This document shows positions 8,665-18,208 of a DNA stretch of 55,363 bases, piece after piece. Numbering within the stretch: the stretch's first letter is position 1; each line of letters begins with the position of its first letter. The position numbers were made by a program, and so were the translations under genes. The stretch is taken from the NCBI GenBank assembly GCA_964549945.1, contig CAZJXD010000003.1, forward strand, positions 64,328 to 119,690. Direction: 5' to 3'. A model generated the notes under the pieces. The model saw only the letters and a program-made list of their open reading frames with translations. It had not been told where the DNA came from and searched no databases. This DNA is from an uncultured Desulfobacteraceae bacterium. GTDB taxonomy: Bacteria; Desulfobacterota; DSM-4660; Desulfatiglandales; B25-G16.

Positions 8665-9309
8665 TTACTGCCTTTTAGGAGAGATAATGAGTTTTTGGCC
8701 CGGGTGAATGGCTTGACTCGAGGTTATATTGTTGAGGCGACAGAGCTCATCAACGGAAAGCCCATACTTTAAGGCAATTCGATAGAGGTTCTCTCCCCTT
8801 TGAACCTCATGAACTCTTCGTTTACCTGGGAAAACCCGTTTTCCTGTTGTGCTCCCAGGGGATTTGGTTCCTTTCACAACCGGGGTCGTTTCCTGCTCTC
8901 GCACCTCAAGCCTTTGAGCCAGCGCATCAACTCTTTGTGTGAGCGATTTGATCGATCTATCCGTGTCTTCCAAGGACTGTTTCAGCATGTTTCCCTGTTT
9001 TTGGAGCGTAGCGATCCCGAGTGCCGCCTCCTCGAGCCTCGTGAGCCTCTTCTCAAGAAGATCCACTCTCGTGCTGATTGCAGTGAGGTCCTTTTTTGAA
9101 AGCTCGCTGCTTCCCCCGGAGAAGAGAGCGATGAGAATGATTAAAAGGAGTATGCCCGCGCCTACGAGGATTAAAGTCCGTCTTTGGAATATGAGGTCAA
9201 GAAATGACTTCCGGGGTATTATGCTTTCATCATTGGGCGAATAGCCCATGCTCTCATCAATTTCTTCCTCGAACTCATCTATCGTCCGTTTAAAGTGGTC
9301 CTCGTCCAT
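8665..9309 (-). CDS. Membrane-anchored coiled-coil protein with C-terminal LysM domain
   Basis: One TM helix, heptad region, HEVQRGENLYRIALKYGLSVDELCRLNNI...IHPGQKL. Confidence 0.88.
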   Translation of the reverse strand: MDEDHFKRTIDEFEEEIDESMGYSPNDESIIPRKSFLDLIFQRRTLILVGAGILLLIILIALFSGGSSELSKKDLTAISTRVDLLEKRLTRLEEAALGIATLQKQGNMLKQSLEDTDRSIKSLTQRVDALAQRLEVREQETTPVVKGTKSPGSTTGKRVFPGKRRVHEVQRGENLYRIALKYGLSVDELCRLNNITSSQAIHPGQKLIISPKRQ

Positions 9310-9547
9310 GAGTACCTCCTTTCAGGGTGCAAAATATGATAAAGACAAATAACTATAGCTAAAAATCTTAGTCAGTGCAAGAAATGGATTCCGCTGATAT
9401 CTTTGTGCTCAAGCGCGATCCGCCGGGTCAACGCGAGGTGTTATTTTTTTTATACAGCCTAAAAATATTTTCACGCTTTATTTGTTAAGATTTTAGCAAT
9501 GATCGGCTAACTAATTGTTATTTAAAGAAATATTTTCAAATAAATAA

Positions 9548-9563
9548 TGGCATGATTTGTGCA
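9548..9563 (+). promoter_or_regulatory. Putative sigma54 -24/-12 promoter
   Basis: TGGCATGATTTGTGCA with correct GG-N10-GC spacing, in AT-rich DNA upstream of the 9830 gene. Confidence 0.5.
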
Positions 9564-9829
9564 CAAAAATTATACAGGGATAATTGTGAGCGCTACCTAA
9601 CCCTGAAAAGCTGTTTGAGAGGGGAGGTGGTAGAGTCTCCCAAAGGGTTTATCAAGGGGCCATGCTCTATTCCCTTATAGAGATACAAGGCATAGATGAG
9701 ATATTGGAGATCGTCGCGGGAAAGAGCTTGGGTCTTTAAACGAGCGCAGCAGTATATTAGCTACACTGCAAAATATGAGCTCGGTGCATCTTATAATAGG
9801 GAAGTTGAATCTGGTGAGCAAAGGAGGCT

Positions 9830-10534
9830 GTGATGTATCCTATCGCATCAGAGGAAACCTATAAAGACGGGCAGGTTATCTTCAGAGAGGGGACTTCAGG
9901 GGATTGGGTATATGCGATTTTAAATGGAAATGTGGAGATCTCCAGAACAATAGGGGAAAGTAAGTATATCATAACCGTACTCGAACCAGGTGAGGTGTTT
10001 GGAGAGCTCGGGTACTTGGGCGATATCAAGCGAACCGCAACCGCTCGCGCAATCGGAGAGACAACCCTCGGCATTATCGATCGCGGCTTTTTGGATAGGG
10101 AATTTAACCTTCTTTCCAGTTCGTTCAGGGCTATTCTCGTAGCGGTGGTGAATAGATTCAGAAACCTGACAGAGAGGACCTGCGAATTTTCCAGCCGCAA
10201 AGAGGACCGTACCCAGAAGAGCTTGTCCGTGGCCTTTAAGGATCGTCAGTCCTTTGTGAGGGCATTCACGGGCAATATCAGCAACGAGGGTCTTTTCATA
10301 AGGACCGATAGCCCTCTCAAAGAGGGTGAGCGGTTTTCCCTCAAGCTCCAGCTTCCCGACTTCTCCGAGCCCATAAGGGCCAAATGCGAGGTGGTGTGGG
10401 CACGCGAACACAAGGAAGCTGAAAACAGGCCACTTGGAATGGGAGTCAGGTTTTGTGAATTGGCCGATGCGCATAAACGACTTCTAAGCCAATACCTCCA
10501 ATCCTTGATTGCGAATGCGAAGGGAACTCATTGA
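9830..10534 (+). CDS. Cyclic-nucleotide-binding domain + PilZ domain protein
   Basis: GEVFGELG...RTATARA (cNMP), RKEDR (RxxxR) and NISNEG (D/NxSxxG), GMGVRF. Confidence 0.87.
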   Translation: MMYPIASEETYKDGQVIFREGTSGDWVYAILNGNVEISRTIGESKYIITVLEPGEVFGELGYLGDIKRTATARAIGETTLGIIDRGFLDREFNLLSSSFRAILVAVVNRFRNLTERTCEFSSRKEDRTQKSLSVAFKDRQSFVRAFTGNISNEGLFIRTDSPLKEGERFSLKLQLPDFSEPIRAKCEVVWAREHKEAENRPLGMGVRFCELADAHKRLLSQYLQSLIANAKGTH

Positions 10535-10824
10535 CGGGGCTTTAGGTCTCGTTATGCTCGGCTAAGGCCCATTCCCCTTACGCCCTTCAATGGGATACCG
10601 AGAATGTGAGTCCGTACCGGAGTCCTCGATCTCACAATGGGCTACCATGAGTCGGTCATCTATTTGGTTCCTCCCCATGAGGAGCGGGTTTATCTATTCG
10701 GCCTGATGCCAGGTGTGCCCCTGATGGGAGCGCAAGAGGAGTCGTAATTGATGGAATTTCATAAAGAAGCGGTGTTCGAGATAACTCCTGGAAATGTCTC
10801 AACTATAGTGTATCGAGTGGGGTT

Positions 10825-11175
10825 TTATGCCTGTCGCGGTAAGGCCTCCAGCCCTACGATATAGTGTCCATATAATGGCCCCTGGTACTTTTTGGTGATA
10901 TGACGGACAGCGGTTCTCAGATACACGCAATAAGAGGATGTCCGTATTGGGTTGTACAGTATCCCCAACGTATCTCCAACCCTTATTGCCGACAAGATAT
11001 CCGAGCCTTCCTTTACTACAAGGCTCATGGAGTTCGAAGACCTGTTCATGATCTTCAGCCTATGGGTGCCATTCGGTCCACCGCTTAAAAATGAAACGTT
11101 GAAATAACGGCCTACTTGCTTTCTCGTCTCCGACCTTCTCTCTATGGGGTTGTCCGCCGATAAATGTGCCTTCAT
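10825..11175 (-). CDS. PilZ-like hypothetical protein
   Basis: ERRSETR motif and beta-barrel-like pattern. Aligns by eye with 20269-20625. Confidence 0.7.
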   Translation of the reverse strand: MKAHLSADNPIERRSETRKQVGRYFNVSFLSGGPNGTHRLKIMNRSSNSMSLVVKEGSDILSAIRVGDTLGILYNPIRTSSYCVYLRTAVRHITKKYQGPLYGHYIVGLEALPRQA

Positions 11176-11229
11176 GCGTTCTCTCTCACGGGAATGTATA
11201 TCCCGCCTAATATAGTTAAATTAGCTATA

Positions 11230-11257
11230 ATTATATATATATAAATATATTTGTCAA
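11230..11257 (-). promoter_or_regulatory. Near-consensus sigma70 promoter
   Basis: Minus strand TTGACA-16 nt-TATAAT upstream of the 11175 start. Confidence 0.55.
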
Positions 11258-11505
11258 TTAATTTTTAAAATTAATAATACTTTATTGTTTTAGAAATTTA
11301 GCATTGCGCATAAAGAGTTAGAAGAATGGCGGGACAAAGGCCGGATGCCCGCAGATCCAGGATCTCTTCATCACGTCGTTAATGAGCCCACTAGTATCTC
11401 GATGGTAACTCGTCTTGACAGCGTGGCCTCTTTGCCTTATTGTCCGAATATTGATGAGAAGGTTCTGCTGCCCTGTTGCGACTAGGTGAAGTAAGGGGGG
11501 AACAT

Positions 11506-11850
11506 TTGGTACACACAATCGAAAGGCGCAAATACCACAGAATCAATGTTACATGGCCCATCTCAATAGATTTGGATGGGGAAATTATAGATGGGGAAAC
11601 TATCAACATTACTGTTGACGGTGTGCTCATCAGCTGCGAGGAGCCGTTGCAGCTCAATGAGGTCCTTCGAATTTCCATCAATCCCCCGAATCATCAGGGC
11701 ATAGAGATCAACGGCAAGGTGATCTGGTCAGATCATTATGCAATTGATGAGCAAGATACTGCCTTTGGGATGGGTATCTGCTTTGTGAAGATCTCGGATG
11801 TTGATCGCCATTTCCTGAAGGAGCTCGTTTCAGCTCATTCAAAGGAATGA
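11506..11850 (+). CDS. PilZ domain protein
   Basis: ERRKYHR, NITVDG, GKVIWS and GMGICF. The exact start is uncertain (TTG 11476 or 11506). Confidence 0.85.
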   Translation: MVHTIERRKYHRINVTWPISIDLDGEIIDGETINITVDGVLISCEEPLQLNEVLRISINPPNHQGIEINGKVIWSDHYAIDEQDTAFGMGICFVKISDVDRHFLKELVSAHSKE

Positions 11851-12015
11851 TGGCCATGAAACACTCCTTTGAGGCCACCGCATCATTATCCCCATCAAAA
11901 GGAATAAGGACAGGGCTGTGTTCATTAAGCAAAGTTTCCCCGCCACAGGAAGAGGATTCACTTATTAAGGCGGGAATCTCACTGAAGGCAATAGGGCGGC
12001 GGGGAGTGCATGTCC

Positions 12016-13413
12016 TCAAGAGATCAAGGAGCCACAGGATACTGCCTTAACCGGTACCCTCACGGAGAACGGTGGAATCTCATGTGCCGGTATTCCTCTG
12101 TACGCAGATAGTATATCATAGATGACAGGACCGCAGATTCTTCCCTGGCATGTCCCCATTCCAACGCGCAATATCCTTTTCAACGCGCCAGGCGTATCGT
12201 AGCCGTTTGCGATGGCCTTTTGAATGTCGCCCATTCTCACCCCTTCACACCGGCAGATCACCGTTTCGTCGGGGATCGATCGTATCGCTCCACGGGGGAT
12301 TTTATAGAGGGTATTGAGGCATTTCCCAAAGGCAAGGTGATGCCTCCGCTCCCTGCTCAGTCTTCGGAAATGCGAGATGTACTCATCCTCACCGATTTTT
12401 CCAAGGTTATGGAGGATGCTCACTGCTGAGAGGTTCCCTTCGGTAACGGATTTCAATGCCCCCCCAATACCGGTGATCTCCCCCGCTGCATAGATGCGCT
12501 CGATGCTCGTCTCAAGGTCATCATTCACCCATACCACCCATCCTCCCTTATCCTGGCCGTAGTCAAGCTGACAACCCGCGAGCTGGGGAAGCTCGATGTT
12601 GGGAGCAAATCCATGGCCAACGGCAAGGGCACGTGTTTTAAAGGCCTTCTCGGTGCCCTCCCGCATCCTTCCGCTTCGATCTACTCGTGCAGCCACTACC
12701 TCGGTGAGGCACGTATCACCTCTTGCCTCAATGAGCTGCGTTCCATATTTGAGCGGAACACCTGAGATGAGCAGCTTCGCGAGGTACTTGAAGCCTTCAG
12801 TGTACTTTGGAAATTGATATAATAGTTGACCGATCAATGGCATCTTATCCATGAGCATTGTCTGTTCCAAAATGGAGACCACCGTTCCGTTATTCCTTGT
12901 AAACTCATATGCAACGGCACACAAGAACGGGCCCGAACCAGCGATTACGATCTCCTTTGCCGGAAGAACCCCCGAACTTTTCATAAGGATCTGCACTGCG
13001 CCGGTAGAGAGTATTCCCGGAAGCGTCCAGCCCTTGAAGGGCAGAAACCTCTCCCTCGCGCCTGTGGCAAACAGGATAGTGTCCGCGGTGATGGTGTGTG
13101 TCCGCCCCTTGTCCTCCTCAATGAGAAGTTCTCTCTCAGGTTGTATCCCCAGGACCTTTGTCCGGTTCATTATCTTGACCTTGTTTTTCTTAACACTCTC
13201 GATAAATCGGAAGCCGATTCTTCTCACCTTGCTTGGTTCACACGCGGTAGCGACGCCAAGATTATCAGGGATTCGCCTTAAGATCTGCCCGCCGATATGG
13301 ATGTTTTCGTCGAGGAGAAGCACCTTCAGGTTGTAATCCGCAAGCCTGTTGGCGGCTACGATCCCTGAAAGACCGCTTCCCACGATCACCACATCGTACT
13401 TGTTATGCCTCAT
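12016..13413 (-). CDS. FAD/NAD(P)-dependent oxidoreductase with C-terminal BFD-like 2Fe-2S (HcnB/OoxA-like)
   Basis: GSGLSG, ATGARER..PFKGWTLPG, YAAGEITG, ICRCE, and GMGTCQGRIC. Confidence 0.88.
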   Translation of the reverse strand: MRHNKYDVVIVGSGLSGIVAANRLADYNLKVLLLDENIHIGGQILRRIPDNLGVATACEPSKVRRIGFRFIESVKKNKVKIMNRTKVLGIQPERELLIEEDKGRTHTITADTILFATGARERFLPFKGWTLPGILSTGAVQILMKSSGVLPAKEIVIAGSGPFLCAVAYEFTRNNGTVVSILEQTMLMDKMPLIGQLLYQFPKYTEGFKYLAKLLISGVPLKYGTQLIEARGDTCLTEVVAARVDRSGRMREGTEKAFKTRALAVGHGFAPNIELPQLAGCQLDYGQDKGGWVVWVNDDLETSIERIYAAGEITGIGGALKSVTEGNLSAVSILHNLGKIGEDEYISHFRRLSRERRHHLAFGKCLNTLYKIPRGAIRSIPDETVICRCEGVRMGDIQKAIANGYDTPGALKRILRVGMGTCQGRICGPVIYDILSAYRGIPAHEIPPFSVRVPVKAVSCGSLIS

Positions 13414-13699
13414 CTATCCATATCTCCATGCCCTCTTCGACCTCAATCATGCAGGAGCGCCTATTCGGCATACCATTAATCGAGACCAGGCAGTCGTAAC
13501 AAATGCCCATCCCGCAGAAGGCTCCCCTCGGTTGTCCGTTTTTATCCCTTCTCAGCGTTATATAACCGGCGGTGAACAGGGCGGCGAGAACCGTTTCCCC
13601 CCTGTAAGCGTATGTTTCCCTTCCATTCACGTAAATCCTGATCTTACCAGATCTCTTGACCGTGCTGATTCTCAGCTCTTCCACGGGGTTTCCCGCCAT
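13403..13699 (-). CDS. 2Fe-2S ferredoxin-like subunit (HcnA-like)
   Basis: GETVLAAL, FCGMGICYDCLV...RSC. Confidence 0.88.
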   Translation of the reverse strand: MAGNPVEELRISTVKRSGKIRIYVNGRETYAYRGETVLAALFTAGYITLRRDKNGQPRGAFCGMGICYDCLVSINGMPNRRSCMIEVEEGMEIWIDEA

Positions 13700-13724
13700 A
13701 TGGGATGTCTCCTGTGCGTATTCT

Positions 13725-14972
13725 TTAAGAGTGAAACCTCTCTAAGGCAAACTCATCCAGGGGAACATGGGTGCTGCCCATATCAATCAGTTCAGCAATG
13801 AGTGCTCCGGTGGCAGGGGAGAGGGCTACTCCATCGCCCTCGTGGCCTGCTGCCATGATAAAGCCCTCTATGCCGTCAATCTTGCCGAGGATCGGCAATC
13901 CATCTGGTGTATAAGGCCTAAGTCCGGCAAACGCTCTGATGATATGTATGTTTTTTAATTGTGGCATTATGCGTGCAGTATGCGTGGCGATATTTTTAAT
14001 GCCATCGTAAGTAGTGTGTTTGTCAAAGCCCACGAACTCCCGGGTTGATCCCAGAAGTAAGTTTCCATTATACGTCTGGTCGATGGAGATACCTCCCTCA
14101 TTGGGTTTGTCTAATGAGGAGTTGAATTTTGCGCCGATGTATTGTGCCGACAGTATGCCTCTGTTCACCATGGGAGGTACCGATTCGGTTACCAAAAGCT
14201 GTCCTCTTCGTGGTTTGATGGGGATAGTGACGTTTACCATTTGACCTATCAATGCGGCATGTGCACCGGCGGCATTCACCGCAACGCTTGTCGCTATTTT
14301 CCCTCTTGTGGTGTGCACCATACTGACACGGCCTGATTTGACCTCTATCCCGGTTACTTCGCAATCGGCAAAGGCCTTGCCCTCAAAGCGTTGCGCCGAG
14401 GAGATGAATGCGAGGGTAAGCAAGATTGGGTTTACCTTGGCATCGAGACGAGAGAAGGTCGCGCCGGAAATGGCATCTGATAGGGAGGGCTCCATTTCCC
14501 TCACCTCATGGGGATCCAGAATGGAGACATTGAGACCCGCGTTTCTCAGTTCCTCAACGAAGGAGTCTATGGCCTTGAGCTCATCCTCGTTCTCGATTAT
14601 GATCATCCCGCCGGGATTTCTATACTCCACCTGAAGGTCCAATTCATCCTGGAGATGCTCAAATCCCTCTTTGCTCTCCAGGGCCAGTTGCAGATGTGCT
14701 CCTGGCTTCTTTGACTGGAGAAAGATTAGGCCATCACACGCACCTGAGCTCCCGGAGGCGAGCTCATTTTTCTCCACCACTACCGCCTTAATCTTCCTCT
14801 TGGAGAGATGATACAGGATGGAGGCCCCGATCACGCCTCCCCCGATTATCACAACCTCTGCGTTTCTAGGTAACAATGGATTCGCTTCCCTATGAAGATT
14901 GCCTTCTCCGCCTGGTATTATGGTAGCCAAGTGTATCCCGGCCAAACCCTCTGAAACAGGCTCTTCAACCAC
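13725..14972 (-). CDS. FAD-dependent amino-acid oxidoreductase (DAO/HcnC/OoxB-like)
   Basis: IIGGGVIG, ASGSSGAC, GLRPYTPDGLPILG, GHEGDGVALSPATG. The true start may lie further downstream. Confidence 0.88.
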   Translation of the reverse strand: MVEEPVSEGLAGIHLATIIPGGEGNLHREANPLLPRNAEVVIIGGGVIGASILYHLSKRKIKAVVVEKNELASGSSGACDGLIFLQSKKPGAHLQLALESKEGFEHLQDELDLQVEYRNPGGMIIIENEDELKAIDSFVEELRNAGLNVSILDPHEVREMEPSLSDAISGATFSRLDAKVNPILLTLAFISSAQRFEGKAFADCEVTGIEVKSGRVSMVHTTRGKIATSVAVNAAGAHAALIGQMVNVTIPIKPRRGQLLVTESVPPMVNRGILSAQYIGAKFNSSLDKPNEGGISIDQTYNGNLLLGSTREFVGFDKHTTYDGIKNIATHTARIMPQLKNIHIIRAFAGLRPYTPDGLPILGKIDGIEGFIMAAGHEGDGVALSPATGALIAELIDMGSTHVPLDEFALERFHS

Positions 14973-15351
14973 CTAAGAGGTTATATTTATGGGAGGATTA
15001 TATATATTAAACAAACAGAGAGATAAAAAGAATTTATTTGGGATAATCAAGACCTCATTTGATATAAGGAATACATTCGCTCCTATATTATCTGACAGGT
15101 TCTGATTTTCACCTGAAAGCGCTGAGCTGGGTAGTCACTGTGAGAATTATTGCACTCTCAACGTGATCCTGAGATCATAAGCCAGGGGATGCAAGGGGTA
15201 GAATGTGCATTAGGGTGGATAAAGGTATGCGAACACAGATCGAGATCGAGCAATATTGTATTCAGAAGAGTGGCTGTAAAATACTTTTTTATTATACCCC
15301 ATCTACAAATATCTTGCGCACGAGGTCTATTACACCGATTCAGCGGTACCC

Positions 15352-16005
15352 TTAATCCGCCAGTATGGTGTCAAGCCGTTCTAGGTCATTGATAACCCGC
15401 CAGTGGCCGCCTCCTGCTTCAACTCGCGCCTGCCAAGCTTCAACCCTTTTATAGTATTCCCGAGGATCAACATTGTCGCTCCTTAGCTTGGTGACGTTAA
15501 GGGCGACCACCCTGCACCCAGATAGCTGGATGGGGAAGTCGCGGATCTGGCCTTTAACCAACTCTTCCTTCAGGTCAGAGAATATAAGAATGTATTTCTT
15601 TCCCGAGCCGGTTTCATTTAAATACTCCACTGCCTGCAGAATCCCACCGGTGATATCCGTAAATGCGCTACCCTTTACCATGGCAACAAAGTCGTCCACT
15701 TTTTGTTTGAAGAGGCGTTTCTGTTGATTGGTAACCGAGGGGCGCTTGTCAAAGGTCATCTTGGAAATGATATCCTTCTCGCTGAAGCTAGCACTGTCGA
15801 TCCTTGCTACAGCCAGGGAGTCCCCGGGCTGCAATGTGCCCAGAAGATAATTGATTATGGCCTGTGCTTTTTTCACTTCCTGTTTGTAGGTACCCGAGCT
15901 GTCGAGGAGCATGTAAACCCCCTGTGAATGACTGGTGGTATCTGCGCACCCGCTCAAGAGCAAAGAAATGAATACCAGGGAAAAGGCCAGCAACTTTTTC
16001 ATCAC
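15352..16005 (-). CDS. VWA-domain lipoprotein
   Basis: Lipobox LLSGC and MIDAS-like LLDSSGT...TDI...IFSDL. Confidence 0.8.
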   Translation of the reverse strand: MMKKLLAFSLVFISLLLSGCADTTSHSQGVYMLLDSSGTYKQEVKKAQAIINYLLGTLQPGDSLAVARIDSASFSEKDIISKMTFDKRPSVTNQQKRLFKQKVDDFVAMVKGSAFTDITGGILQAVEYLNETGSGKKYILIFSDLKEELVKGQIRDFPIQLSGCRVVALNVTKLRSDNVDPREYYKRVEAWQARVEAGGGHWRVINDLERLDTILAD

Positions 16006-17453
16006 GATACCTCCTCCTTGACAATCATATCTTCAAGATCCATAGCACCCTTAACCTCAGTTTGTTGCACCTTATTCCTGATAAGATTTTCCAACCACAG
16101 CGCCGGAAAGATTAGCAGATCATAGATATTTACCAAAAATTCTCCTGAATAGTTGACGGCATTTCCCAGTAAACGGAGGGCGAAGGCAATCAACCGCAGA
16201 AGTGCCGCCATAGCCACACCTACCACAATACGCGAGGAATGCACGAAGGATTCTAATGGTATGGCAACAAATGCCAGCGCAAAAGGCAAAATAAAGCCCA
16301 TCACCATCTGTCCGACCGTGGGAATCCATCTGAATGTCGGTTGTGCTGTCTCCACGCTGGAAAGTGCCTGTCTCAGGGCCTGCATATCCGCAGCGATGCG
16401 ATCTCTCATAAAGGCCAGCGCCGATTCAACGCCTGCCAAGATCAGCAGGATAATAAAGGTAGTCCAGATCATGCGGGTGCGCATCTTATCATCCATCTGT
16501 CCGATTATGGGAAACAGATGCGTGATGCGCAGTGATTCCATAAGGTAGAGGCCCATGGCAAGCTCAACCAAAATGATCACCAATGCAGCAATGTTAGAGG
16601 TCTTGAAGTTGCCTATATAGCTTCCGCCCCCGACCATCTCCGACATGGGCAGTGCTATTAGGTTGAAGTTGACAACCGCGCCCCCTATAGCAATGAGCAA
16701 TACGAACGCGGAGATAAAGAACTGGGTGGTGGAGGAGGCGGTTAACCTACCTGCTGCCCTGTCGGTTTTCTTCTGGATCTCTTCGTATTCGCTCATTCGG
16801 CTGTCAACGACTCTGGTTCGTTCGTGTAAGCCAATGATGGTTTTATCGACTTGGTCCAGGGTTTGTGAGAGCTTGCGCCAGTAAGGCATCATTTTCTCCA
16901 GCAAGGAGTGGCGCTTCGCTACAGCCTTGCGGTATTCCTCCATCGCATTTTTATACTGGGCAACTGCGGTCTTGTGTATTTCACTCAAAATATTCGCCAC
17001 CCATTTGTCCCCTCGGGAGGGAAGTTTTGCCAGGGTCTCCACTGCCCTTACCCAATCGGGTGGTGGGACTGGTAACTCAGTGCTTTCCCTGTAATCCTCA
17101 TCGATGTGAGCAATTTGCTCTGCTAGGACGCGCTGAAGGGCTGGATATCCGCTCATGTCACGCCTTACCACCGCGTCTACGCGGTGGAATTCGCGTTCGA
17201 TCAGTTGTTCCGCTGCCCTTTCTCCTGCGGTGAGCAGGACTTCTTTATTGCGCTCCACCACCTTATTTTCCGCAATGAGCACTGAACGAGCCATTATGCG
17301 GAAGCCGTTATGCAGGACCCGGCTCAGCGAAAAAATGGCTTTATGCGCTGGTTTACGGGCGAGGTAGAGCAGAAAAACTGCTCCAAGAAGCGCTATGATC
17401 AGGGATAGTATTGGGGAGTGGGGCCAAATATTGAGTATTTTTACCGAGGACAT
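16002..17453 (-). CDS. Uncharacterised multi-pass membrane protein with long helical/coiled-coil region
   Basis: N-terminal TM, ~200-aa helical segment, 4-5 C-terminal TMs. CAGGAGG SD. Overlaps the VWA gene by 4 nt. Confidence 0.8.
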   Translation of the reverse strand: MSSVKILNIWPHSPILSLIIALLGAVFLLYLARKPAHKAIFSLSRVLHNGFRIMARSVLIAENKVVERNKEVLLTAGERAAEQLIEREFHRVDAVVRRDMSGYPALQRVLAEQIAHIDEDYRESTELPVPPPDWVRAVETLAKLPSRGDKWVANILSEIHKTAVAQYKNAMEEYRKAVAKRHSLLEKMMPYWRKLSQTLDQVDKTIIGLHERTRVVDSRMSEYEEIQKKTDRAAGRLTASSTTQFFISAFVLLIAIGGAVVNFNLIALPMSEMVGGGSYIGNFKTSNIAALVIILVELAMGLYLMESLRITHLFPIIGQMDDKMRTRMIWTTFIILLILAGVESALAFMRDRIAADMQALRQALSSVETAQPTFRWIPTVGQMVMGFILPFALAFVAIPLESFVHSSRIVVGVAMAALLRLIAFALRLLGNAVNYSGEFLVNIYDLLIFPALWLENLIRNKVQQTEVKGAMDLEDMIVKEEVS

Positions 17454-17799
17454 AGCAACCTCCTGTTCTTTAAGCGTTTTTAATCACCTACCGAATAGTT
17501 CATGTATACCCTATAGTCGAACAAATGAGGCCATAGTAAAGGCATTTTCTTGTTCCGGGTATCCTTGTGTACCGTCTTAAGCTACGCAACTTCTAAAGGT
17601 GCGCGGTAGCCATCGGAAATGTGGACTCCCAATAAAGATCACCCCCTGCGTGATAGCTCTGATCCATCACCTTCATATGAGCCAGAGAATTAGCCATCTT
17701 GCAGACAGACCCCTCACACAGAGCATCGGGAGGATCGTAACCACAACGGGGAATTAATCACTTGTAATATTCTGCTGAACCGTCTTCATTAATTAAAAA

Positions 17800-17815
17800 A
17801 GCAAGATACGTACCA
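17800..17815 (-). promoter_or_regulatory. Putative sigma54 -24/-12 promoter
   Basis: Minus strand TGGTACGTATCTTGCT. Confidence 0.6.
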
Positions 17816-18208
17816 ACAGTTCGCTGCAAAGTCTGTTGATTCGGACATGGGACCGATAATTGCGTTCTCTTGATAGCGGGCGGTCTGAAAGCAATCAACG
17901 ATTCGGAGCCCTTCTGGAACAATGTGGCTATATTGCCTGAGCCCTAAATAAAGGTGTGGTAAAATCCTAGTTGTCCTGTAAATTTGCCCCTGCTCAACCC
18001 ATCCGGGGTTTCGATCCTCTCTTGTCCTATTCATAAGCCCTCTCCTATGGATGGCATCCTCTTCTTCATATACTTCTTAAATATTATTAATTTAGATACC
18101 ATTGATATTTTTCCCACAGTATCTGAATAAAAAAGTAGACGTTCACGTGATTCTCTGCTATCTTTTTTTATAAACATAACAGCACCATGAGCATTGTGGA
18201 GAAAGTAA

